Origin: Dimorphilus gyrociliatus | Taxonomy: Eukaryota > Animalia > Annelida | DNA: 64,000 bases | NCBI GenBank assembly: GCA_904063045.1 | Contig: CAJFCJ010000007.1 | Location: forward strand, 3,045,404 to 3,109,403 | Direction of reading: 5' to 3' | In this document: positions 14,565-25,775 of the stretch, in pieces | How positions within the stretch are numbered: the first letter of the stretch is position 1 | How the letters are laid out: every line of letters begins with the position of its first letter | Position numbers and translations under genes: made by a program | The notes under the pieces: model-generated | The model's input: the letters and a program-made list of their open reading frames with translations, nothing else | What the model was told of the DNA's origin: nothing | Database searches by the model: none

Positions 14565-16135
14565 CTATTTCTTTTGTCCTTCATAAACTTTCCTCTTTTT
14601 CCGACATGAAGATTCTTCGTGTTTGTACAAATAGCTCTTCAACGCGAAGGCTTTCCCGCAGGTTTTACATATGTATGGTTTAACTTGTGAGTGAGTTTGA
14701 ACATGCGCTCGAAGATTTGATTTGTCAGCAAAAGCTTTCCCACACTTTGGACAGGCGAAGGGTCTCTCTCCCGTGTGAGTCCTGATATGACCTTGCAATA
14801 ACCACGGTCGGCTAAACTTTTTTCCGCAAAAGTGACATTCGCAGCCTGATGGGAGGAAATGAAAAATATGAAGGGGACGTAATGGTATTCAACAGTTGAA
14901 AGGAAAAAGTTAAGTTACCTTGACCATGAGTTCTTACGTGCATACTATAAGCAGGTGTAGATACGTAACTCTTCTCGCAATAGGGACATTGTTTGTAATG
15001 TTTACCATTGCTGATGTTAATATTATTGTTATTGTTGTTAATATGAATGAGTTGATGTCTGGACAAATTCGATTGTGTAGTATAGCATTTACCGCATTCC
15101 GGACAGTTGTAGTTAGAATCTGAAGAAAATAAAAAAACACAAAAGTTATCTTTAGAAGCAGAAAGAAGATAATTCCCACGTTCGACGTGTGCAACGCACG
15201 TGTACATCTCTCATGCAAAAAGTAGTTCGACTATACACAGTTTGCAGCCTGTTAATATTGTTATAGCAGCAACCTTTGGGTATAGCGTTTCAAAATCTGT
15301 TCCGAAAGTAAATTAACGTTTTTCGTTTAAATAGCCTCTTGGATTTCGCACCTTGAGCGACCCCCTGGGTTTGCTTACTTTTAATTAGGACATTTTCAAA
15401 GTAGATCTGATATTTAATAGCTGCTCTTTCTATAACTTAGTGTTATGACTTCAAAGGCATCATTTGAACATGACAAATTATTGACGATCATTTCTATATT
15501 GACCAATATATCCCTCCTCTCTAACTGACTGACTGTCTGACTCTCTCTCCCTTCCCTCTTCACTATATTAATTCTATTTATATTTCGGTATAGAGGGAAA
15601 GTAAAAAAAATACCGAAGAGAAAACATTTTTTTCTTTCTCCTATCTCAATTAATTATCAAATCCTTCAAGTTGTTGCTAAATAGACATAAAAACCGGAAG
15701 TTAAACCTTTCTCAACAATTTTTCAAATATATACGAAATAGTCTCGATAAACAGTTAGCTATGATGTAAAGATCTTGAAAAAGGATCTTTTTACAATTAA
15801 GTATATGCAAACTTTACTTTTCAATATATTATTAAGAAAATAGAAGAAGTGCACTATTAATATCTTTGTTACAGGTTGTTATATAAAAAGAGTTGAAGTA
15901 TCTTCTATTTTACAGTTGAAGAGATAAGAGGGAAAATAACGATTATCAGTTGGAAAACTTGTAAGAATCATCTTCTCAACTTAAGAAAAAAAAACTTACC
16001 GCAAGTTTGAAGGACTTGAAAATCTTCAACATTCTGCCAACTGGGAAGTGGTGGAAAGGAATTATCACTGTGGAATAATACCCTCTTTCTCATCCTTTTA
16101 TAAACTCTATTTGTGAACAAGAAGGCTTTCGGCAT
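14565..16135 (-). CDS. scrt: Scratch-family C2H2 zinc-finger repressor with SNAG-like N-terminus, 3 exons (16135-16000, 15119-14919, 14845-14565)
   Basis: Exon 1 begins [10 protein letters not shown] (SNAG-like). Five fingers include [40 protein letters not shown] and [15 protein letters not shown], the last being a Scratch-type terminal finger. Phase-1 introns are consistent. Confidence 0.9.
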
Positions 16136-16335
16136 CCTTATCTAACTTTTATTACTTCTCTACCATGCAAATATATAGTTATGTATATACTCTTTTCCAA
16201 ATCGTTTGCTTAACTTGTCAATCATTTTTCTGAGCACCGCCTACTATCTTATCTTTCTAGAACGCGCATGCTCAATGAGACGTAAAGGTTTAAAGTGGTG
16301 CGAGAAAATATTGGAAGAAAAGTTGGTTGGCTTAT

Positions 16336-17560
16336 AAAAAATGGCGGCAAATCAACCTTCATTCGTTCTAAGCATTAACCAATTACAGATGTTCGAAGGT
16401 GGCGAACGGCCTGGAAGTTTTTCCGTTTGTTCTTTTCTCCTACAAATTTTTTTCAGCCACTTGTTAAACTTTATACACTTTTTCTCTTTTTAAATGAAAA
16501 ACTTCTTTTATTGGAAAAACCTTTACTCCTATCTCAAATACTTCTACTTTTTGTATCTTAACCTTTTCATAGCTAAAAATATAATAGTTTTTTATCATTG
16601 AAAAGTAGCTATATTTCTTAATTTCACACTACTACTGTAAATCTTTCCCACTGAGAGATGAAGGCAGATAGAAGGGAAAACTCACTAGAGCCATCTATTA
16701 TTTTTCTCATACACTAAGGAGGAATTCTTTAAAAGTTAAATATCTCATTTATAATAGTGAAGACCAAGAGGAAAAAGTCAAAGAGAAGAAACTGAACTAT
16801 ATTTTTCAACATATTTGCCATTTCGCGGAATTTCTTTCAACAGAATAGAATGAACTCAGGAAAGAATGAAAGATTAGATTCGATAAGTTCCTTGTCTTAT
16901 TTTTAAAATGGTAGTAATCAACCTTCATCCGACCAGCCAGTATTAACAGATTACAGATGTTAAAGGTAGTGAACGGCCAGCAGCTTGTTATCTTTTTCAG
17001 CGAAAATTCTTTCAATAAATACTAAATCTTTTTTTTTAAATGATACGAATGACTATTCCATTAGAAAAAAAAATGGAATAGAACATTCGAAAAAAGAATA
17101 GAACGTTCAAAACATTCCAAAAATTTTTATTCTAAAGAAATTATTTATTTTACTCTTTTTTTTTCTATATAACCAAAATAGAGAAAAATAATGACAAGAA
17201 GATGATGAAGAAGAAGAAGACGAGAAAACAGAACAAGAAGAAGAGAAAGAAAGGGAGGAGGAGAACAGAAGAATTACCTTCTTAAAATTGATAAAAACGA
17301 ATTGTTACAACCACAAATTTATAATCAAAAACATTAAAAAACTTTGAAAATTGGATAAATGTGTAAGAAAAAAAAAGTACAATAAAGTATAAAAAAGATA
17401 TAGATACTTTACAATTGATCATACAGACATAATAGACGAATAGGCCTAAAAATGTCTTGTTGTAAACAATTATAGATGTTCAAAGGGGATAAGGGGCAAT
17501 GGAATTTATACATATTATTTATTTGTTTCATGGAACTCTTTCTGCCACTTGTTAAAGTCT
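16336..17560. repeat. Degenerate dispersed triplication, three copies ~520-570 bp apart
   Basis: Shared core (A/G)ATTAYAGATGTT-x-AAGG at ~16381, ~16949 and ~17468. Copies 1 and 2 also share AATCAACCTTCAT and GAACGGCC; copies 1 and 3 share GCCACTTGTTAAA. Confidence 0.65.
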
Positions 17561-17801
17561 TTTTAGGCTATTGAATGTTTTAACAGAACAGAATCGTTAG
17601 AGCTTTTAACAACCTTGTTAGAAAATACCATTAAATATCTATTTATTTACAAAATACAATTATTTGTGGTCAATTCGTTCTTTCTTTACTATATTTTCAT
17701 TATCCTAAAATATTGAATAAACGCCATCTAGTGTTGATACTTAAAAAAAGAGAAAAATATCTTTCTTAACTTGTAACTTTTTTTTTTACTGCTCAGCTCC
17801 T

Positions 17802-20466
17802 TTATTTAACTCTTAACAGTTGTTTTCTTTTAGTATATGAAGGATCAAGGCAAGGTCTTAGGCACTTGGCCCATTTTATAAGAATGATTGCAATTATGAA
17901 TAGAATAGCAATAAATCCAATAATATAGACAGATATAGGACCAAGATCAATAGGTGGCGCTGCAGATGATTTAGTAGAATAGCGAAGGCGGATATTGCGG
18001 GAGGCGAAAGTATGACTATTGTAGCAAAAATGTAGTTGTAGTCGGTCCGTTTTTGAAATATATGTTCTCCTCTGTTTGCCAGTCATAAATGTTGTAGAAT
18101 GAGTTGTAATACCTTTAATTGTCTTTCCCTCCTCCACCATTAGCAGAAATTCGCATCTGTGAGAATGTTTTTTATGTTATTTCTTAAGGGAAACATTTTA
18201 TATATAAATATATATATATATATATATACAGTATACTGTATATATAAGTTTTACTGTTTCTATTATTCTTTCCCTCCATCTATCCCCTCTTTTTATTCAG
18301 CTTTAACCTTAAAAAGTGACATAAGAGACATATAAAAGTATAAGACAAAAAATCAACATTTCTCAGTTTCTTTCAATAAAATAAATATCCTAAATAAACG
18401 TAATAATGCATAAATAATTGTTTATATTTATCTATCTATAGATTGTATCGGTGTTATAAATATAATAATTTATTTCGTTGTCAAGGTTATTTATTGAGTA
18501 GAGGAATTAATATATTGAAAAGGAAAAAGTCTCTAAATTCTTTTTAATAGTTAATAAATATAAATGTAATTTATATAAACAGCAAAACAGCAAAACAGCA
18601 AAAATACTTTTATCATGAATTAATAAATGCTAGTTTTTTTTGTCTTCTAAAATGGATAGATTCTTTTTCTCTTATCAAAATTCTTGATTACTATTTCTCC
18701 TTTTTAAAAAGTGTCAATATTTATATAACAATAATTTTCTATTACAAAATTTAGAGATATATGAAATTCCTAAAATATTTTTTTTTTGTTTAAATTTTGT
18801 TTTTTTATTAAAACAAAATCCAATTTTAATAATTAAAAAAAACTTACTCGTTGTTGACTTGTGAGCAATTTGTTGGAGTAAAGGAATTAACCGTTTTTGT
18901 ATTGCAAGTTCGTAGGTTTAATTTACGGAATTCTAATTCCAAATAGCAGTATGGTGAACACTTCGCATGAAGATGAATTGAACAAAAAGAGGCATTTTTT
19001 GGTGGGTTGTCCGTTAATTGAATGAAACATTTATCTTCTTCTGTTACAATTGTTTCCGTGGGGATGTTGGAACATTTCTTTTGACATTCTATATAAATAT
19101 AATAAGTAATATTTATTTTAAATTTACTTACTAATTTGCATAATAATCAAAATAATTAATAAATAAAACTAATATTAACAGTCTAAACCGTATTAGTGTA
19201 CAAGAGCTACTTAAATTGAAATAGACGTTCTTTCTATTGGATACTAATTTATTATGAGCTTCAATTACACTTTCGTCCTCAAGGTCGATAGCGTCTATAA
19301 AAATTCCGTCTATTCCCAGTTTAATCACAATGACGGAAAGCTAAGAAGCTGATTTCCTAAATATTCTATAATTATTTCCTCTTGGTGAACAAATGCATAA
19401 GCATTCTTCAATATCTCTATCTCAATTAAATGTGAACAATTTTTAATATCACTCCTAATAGTATAATCTATCAAATTGTTACGTAAAGTCTTATTGACTT
19501 TTTTTATAGAGTTTATATACAATCCATCAAAATGATAGTATTCAATAGTTTCTTTACGTTAAATAAACGATAGATAATTTGTTATCTCAATCTTAACATA
19601 CTCAAATAGAAATCATTTTCATTTTAACTGCATTTAGAAACCAAAATAAACAAATTATCTAAATGATACAAACAGTTAGAAATTAGTAAATTCTTCTATT
19701 TGAAAGGGTTGAAGGAAGAAAAAAAAATCTCATTGCCTTTTATCAATTTTACAAGAATCTGTCTAAGGATTTAACGGATAAATTCAATTCTCTCTTTATC
19801 TCTCTCTCTCTCTCCCTCCGTTTTCTCTTTCGCTTTATTCTTTCTTCACATTTTCTTTTCTTATAATTATCATATTTTTCCTCCTTTTTAATCAGGGTAA
19901 CGACTGGAAAAAATTGAGATATTTCTCTTTTAAGAGAAGAGAAAGAAGGTGAATATTAAATACAAATGAAGAGAAAAAGGCTTTTTGTGAAGGAAGAGAA
20001 AAGTATTTGTATTTTTTTTTCGATTCGAACTAGATAAAGCATATAATTATAAACGATCGAGGCGTACTGCATAAATCATTCACAAAGCTGGAAGGCGTCT
20101 TGGGGATTTTAGCAGTAGACTAGCCAGAGAGAATGGAGCAACGAATTGGACGCATCCAACTCGTTTATCTGACTTTTCTTTATTTTATTGCTTTTTCTCT
20201 CCAATTGACTATTGACTTTATAGTTGTTTTATTTATTTTTCAGTTAGACTGAACTTGTGTAAAAATTAAAAAGGAAAGGAGAAAAGATAGAACGAAGAGA
20301 AACATATACAACTTTACGAGAAAGGAAAGATGACTGAGAAGAAAGGAGAGAAGACAAATTAAAAAAAAAATTAATATTTCATTATAGCATCTATAAAATA
20401 GCTATTAACTCACTTACCGTATGATGTAGCTAAATGCAACGTAATGATGAAGATGTAAGTTTTCAT
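17802..20466 (-). CDS. Orphan type I membrane protein: signal peptide, one CUB-like domain, TM, short basic tail; 3 exons (20466-20418, 19088-18848, 18156-17802)
   Basis: MKTYIFIITLHLATSY|ECQKKC...FCSIHLHAKCSPYCYLELEFRKLNL...|CEFLLMVEEG...SKTDRLQLHF...RNIRLRY has CUB-like spacing. The TM is ISVYIIGFIAILFIIAIILI. Splice phases 1 and 2 match exactly. Confidence 0.72.
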
Positions 20467-20627
20467 TTTGCTGCTTACTTTGCAGTTTATTCCCTAGCGT
20501 GAATAGATGTCCAAACAAAAAGCCTGCAAAAATCAGGCCTAAGTCGTGAACAAACTCTTATTTGCTCAAACGTGCCGGTTTCATATGTGAACAGTTTGTA
20601 TAAATATTACCCTTAGAATAGGCTCTA

Positions 20628-20641
20628 CAATAGGTGGCGCT
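20628..20641 (+). promoter_or_regulatory. CTCF-like site
   Basis: CAATAGGTGGCGCT, ~160 bp upstream of the CUB-TM start codon. Confidence 0.45.
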
Positions 20642-21794
20642 TAAAGAATAAATATATATTTTAAATCTTACTGATTTTCCTTTTCTTTCGTCATACTTTT
20701 TAATTAATTTTCATATTTACAAAAGTGTCCATATTAATAAATTTCAATATAAACTGGTTAACTATTAGTTATACGAGTTTGTTAAAAACTTGATAACAAG
20801 TTTTACAGTAGAATGTTCTATACTGTAACGTTATACAGTAGATCATTTATATAAAAATAAAAGTATCTACAGAATTGCTTTAAAGATGGAAAAGAAAAAT
20901 ATTCCAAATATTGAAGGCCTATTTAACGTTTGAAAATATATCATTAGAAAATATTTCTAATGCATTAGCGGCAGGTGTGGTAACGTTTTAAAACAAGTAC
21001 AAAAGAGATGCTTAGCTTATGTTTTCTATGACCTCAATATAATAAAAAGAGTACTTATAAAGTTTATTTTTCATGTAATATTGCCACTTTGAGCCTTTTG
21101 TTTTAAAGACTCTATTATTACATTATAAACAAATAAGAAACGTTATTTGTAAAATATAGATATTTATGGCTGTAATTCTCTTCAAACTGATTATATATTT
21201 AATAAACATAGCTAACAAAAAACCCCCAAAAAGGGAATACGTATCGAAGCAGAAATAGGATACTCTTGGGTTATCTTTTTCCTTAAGGATTCTATAAAAT
21301 CCCCAACCTTAATTAGTAAAGTATAGCGAAAGAGAAGGATAAATATGTAAAAGTTTCGGGTAAATACCTAATCCTCATGCTAAGCATCATTTAATTGTAT
21401 TATTAAATTTTTAAATGCCTATCTGTCAGTGTAAATGGTATAAATTTCAAAACTATTCGTCCTATTTTAAGGTCGTACCGCAACAACAATCAATAAAAGA
21501 AGCTTTTTTTTTAATTGATTCCAAATACTTGATGATCCTTAAGAAATTCAATTTAGGCCTATTAAAAATTTATTTATAGAGTTATCGGACAAGACTAAGG
21601 TAAGCTTGATATCGATTAAATTACAAATTGAAGTGAAAACAGAAGAAATCTACCTTGATATTAACCAATTTTTTTTCTTTTAGCTAACAGGAGAAGGCAG
21701 ATATTTCCTAATTATGCATTTTCTTTTCTGTTTTCCTTCTTTTTTAAATGCTGCATGGTTGTCATTGAATGATATTTTTCTTATTAAAAACAAT

Positions 21795-21801
21795 GAGAGA
21801 A

Positions 21802-21852
<51 letters not shown>

Positions 21853-21860
21853 AAGAGAAA
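21795..21860. repeat. (GA)n / GAGAGAAA imperfect microsatellite
   Basis: Direct reading. Confidence 0.9.
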
Positions 21861-24529
21861 CACGAAATAAAACAATATAATTAGAATCTTATTCAAGAAT
21901 ATTTTAATAATAAATAACTCATATGTCGTTATTAATACTAACCGGATATCATCTCTCCTCTCCTTCTCCTTCTCTCTCTTCTCTTTCTCGTCCCTTTTAC
22001 TTTCTCTACAATTTCAATCTTAAATAAAATATATTGTTTCTATGGGGAAACTGATAGCAAATCTGCACTTTAGCAGTCATACTAAATGAAAAGGAATATA
22101 TGTTTATTTAGTAAATATTATATAACTCTTTTGACATACGTAAATGCCCACTTTTCCTTTCCTTTTTCCTTCCCTTTCTCTAAGCTCCCTCTATTTACTT
22201 TTATAGGCCTATAGAGGATATAGTTTATTCTCCGTCGTTTTATTTTACGATCTGTTATTATAAATAGCAAATTACATCCATATATGGATATTATACAATT
22301 AACAAATCTTTTTCAACTTTCCTCTTCTCTTTTCTATAAATGACTGTCTACTTTGAAAACTGGTATAAAGATGAATAAAGTTGTTTATTTAATATTATTT
22401 CTCATTTTATAAATAGGATAAATAAGGAGGGAATGAAGGGAAATATATAAAATAAATAAAGTACTAATTTAACTAAACTAAACTAATAAAGCCTATACTA
22501 TTAAATAAAGAAAGAAAGGTCTCAAAACATCTGTGATACTAAAAGAGTGTTGAGAAAAGAGGTTAAATGAAAAACAATAACGAACTATACTTGAAAATAT
22601 ATTTTAATAAAAATTTTATTGAAACTGCAAACAAGACAAAAAAAGAAGATTAAAATGAAAGACAACTTTGAAAGATAATATTTTGTGTTCTTGTTGTTTT
22701 TTTTTTTTTAAAAAAAAAACTATTTATTTTCATAACTAAATCAACCAATCAATTATTCCATCTGTTCATTTTTTTAACACCTGCATAAAGTGGTATATAA
22801 TATAAAAAAGATAACTAATAATAAGAATAATAAAACACAATATTAAAAAGAATAGTTAAAAACATAAATTGAACTTTAAAAAACTTAGGCCTATTCAATC
22901 CATCAATTCATTGCTTTACCGATAAAAATCTTAACTATCGTCAATTAAACGAAAAAGGTTATTGTTACTCTGCTCTATTACATCATTAAGAGAGTAACAT
23001 TTCGTATGAGAGAAGAGAGATTTCTATTCTTACTTTTTGTTATTAAAAGATTATGTAACACCGCCCTTGAAAATTATTCAAATACGTAAGAATTATAGAA
23101 TTAATTGTCTGAATGGGATTACTTGACATTAAAGGTGCCATTACGCTTATGTAATACTTTATTTATTGAAAGATGGCATAGGGTTTCATTGCGAAAATAT
23201 ATCGCCATCTATTGGACAATAGAATAATAAAGCTATAATACAAAGTGCTGCTCCCTTTTTCAGTTTATCAGTTTGTTGTTTGATTGTTTGTTTATATTCT
23301 TATCAAACAAAGGCAGAAATTCAAACAATCTATATAAAAAAGATTGATAGCGTCTTTGTTGATTAATGTTTAAAATGGGTTTAAGAATGAACTTGTATAG
23401 TTTATAAAAGATTTCTTCGAAAGATAAAGTACCTGCTATTCGAATCGACCAAAAGATTAGTCTATTATAGATACTAAAAGGTCAGAAAATTGAATGCCAG
23501 CCAACAAAGGATGCGCACAGTGAGGCAGAAAAGAGAAAGAGAGAGGTGAGAGGCGTAAGGAGTTAGGGAAGAGGTCAAAAGGAAAAGCTGTATTGGCTGT
23601 TAGAATTATGTACCAGTATTGATGGGAAGTTGTAACAGGAAAGAGGGCGGAGAGTAAATAAAGGGGAAGCTAAGCAAGTGTCAGCTAACAAATCAACTCT
23701 CTCTCTTAAGTAATATATACAGCTTAACAAGCTATTCTATTGATATTTTTATGAATTTTTTATAAACTGTTTAAATAGGTCAAATGATATTTCCTTTATT
23801 TGTTGTTATTCGAACCAAAGAACAATAGTTAGGGATAAAAGAAAGAAAAAGAGCACGTGTTGCACACGAAATCAATCAATTTCCTGTTAGATATATGCTG
23901 GCATCTAAATATTTATATGAAAAAGCGTCTAACAGCTGTTTATTTAACAAATATGATACAAAGGAGAGAACTATGGTTATATATTTCCAATGATAAATTA
24001 ACATTCATAATTATTCATGATATGTAAATTAGGGCTATACGTTGCACCCTGGCAAGTGCGTTTCTTTCTACATCTTTTCAAAAGTGCGTGCATGTCTTTT
24101 TTCGAACACGTGCAAAATTATCGATTTATACGCTTTTCTATTAGCTTCGATAATCGGGAAAACTTGTAGATCGTAATTGAATGCTTGATTTATAGTAATC
24201 TTAGATTTACGAATCAGATAATCGCATAGTAATATTGGGTAGAATCGATAAAATCAGTAGGAGAAAGCAAAGAACTTTTAGATAAAATTTCAATTATTGA
24301 TAATAGATATTTACCTAAAACTAGGGAAATGGTCAAATTTAGGTCATTTAATTACAATTATAGCATTAAATTAATTGAAAATGAAACTAATGATATAGAT
24401 AATAGTAGTAGTATTTCCGAATTGAGAGAATTATATTGCTTTTTTTCTCAGCTACTGCATTAATTACGGAAGTCGAATGACAAGGCTAGCAAGTTTTATA
24501 CAACTACCCTGTTAAAAACGTTATTGCAA

Positions 24530-24543
24530 GGGTCAAAAGGTCA
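24530..24543 (+). promoter_or_regulatory. Nuclear receptor DR2 element
   Basis: GGGTCA-AA-AGGTCA, inside a cluster of AGGTCA half-sites. Confidence 0.4.
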
Positions 24544-25688
24544 CGAATCAGCAAAGTATGTCTTGTTAGAATTCCACACCAGCCCTCCCGTACCCGATCA
24601 CAAAACCCAGAAGAAATGAAGAAATATAAAGGAAACTATTAATTTACATAATTGACGTAAAGTTGTTTAAGAATAAAATACTATATTTATAGAAAAGATG
24701 ATTAATAGACATTAATCATTACATATGTTTATTATTGAGAAAATTTACAATATCGTTCCTCTCTCAAAAGGAGGGTGAATGAAGGAATAAAAATTAGACA
24801 GTGTATAGCAACTTATTGACGTTATGTGGGGAAAATTATCGATAGAAGTATACATTTCGGGTATAGTTATAGATTTTTAAAGCGAAATAAAAGATTACTA
24901 AACAATAAATCTTTTCATCCGTTTAAAATATCCCCCCCTCTCTCTCTCTCTCTCTCTTTTTTGCAAACCATCTATAATCCTTAAAGAGATACTCTTGTTT
25001 ATTATAAAACAACTTCTCCATCTTCTTTCTCTTTTTTTTCTAGCAGAAAGGAAAGATGGAAAGAAATGGCAGATTGATAGAATGCGACAGAAATCTAGTT
25101 AATTAGATATAGAGCATGAATCATTAGATGATGATTAAACGTCGGATAGTAACATACTTAGTATAAATATTATAGAAATAGAAGATGTACATATACTCAT
25201 ATAAAGTAATTAATATAAAATATACACAAGAAGCATAAAACAGAAACACTGTACAAAACAACAAAGTAATAGAAAGATCAATGTAATTGATGAGTCACTT
25301 AATCACTTGGAAAATTAGCCTTAATCTTATATTTTATATACATTTATATCGGTAAACAATCATTGAAAAGCTAAAAAAAAATAAGTCTAAAGGCTTTGAT
25401 GTTAATGTCCTCTCTTAGATTATAGAGTATATGTATATATACATGTACATACATATTTACATACTGTTTATATTTTACATTGTATATACTGTATATATAT
25501 ATATATATATATATCTAAAAGAAGAAGAGAAAACTTTTTATTATAAAATATTACAGAAGATATTAATTATCTTAAACAAATTGACGAAAATACACATTTC
25601 ATATCCGGAGAGAAAATTAACTTTACTGATAAAAAGAATATTCGAATGTGTATTTTTCTTTTGGACAAGGGTGTATAAATCTACACCC

Positions 25689-25702
25689 GTTACTATGGTG
25701 AC
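25689..25702 (-). promoter_or_regulatory. RFX X-box
   Basis: The minus strand reads GTCACCATAGTAAC, a full match to GTHNYYATRRNAAC, ending 74 bp before the SUEL-CUB receptor ATG. Confidence 0.6.
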
Positions 25703-25775
25703 AAACGCCAGACGTCTCTGCTCTGGATGATTCAACCCCCGGCATCTCATTGTGTGAGATTTCGACGGGCAGAGC

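Noticed and set aside
19131-19522. Two short minus-strand ORFs inside the CUB-TM intron with faint glycoside-hydrolase-like words (YHFDGLYI, LGIDGIFIDA)
   Set aside because: They are in different frames, I found no consistent start or splice chain, and the motifs are too short to support a nested gene or pseudogene. An HMM search could revive this.
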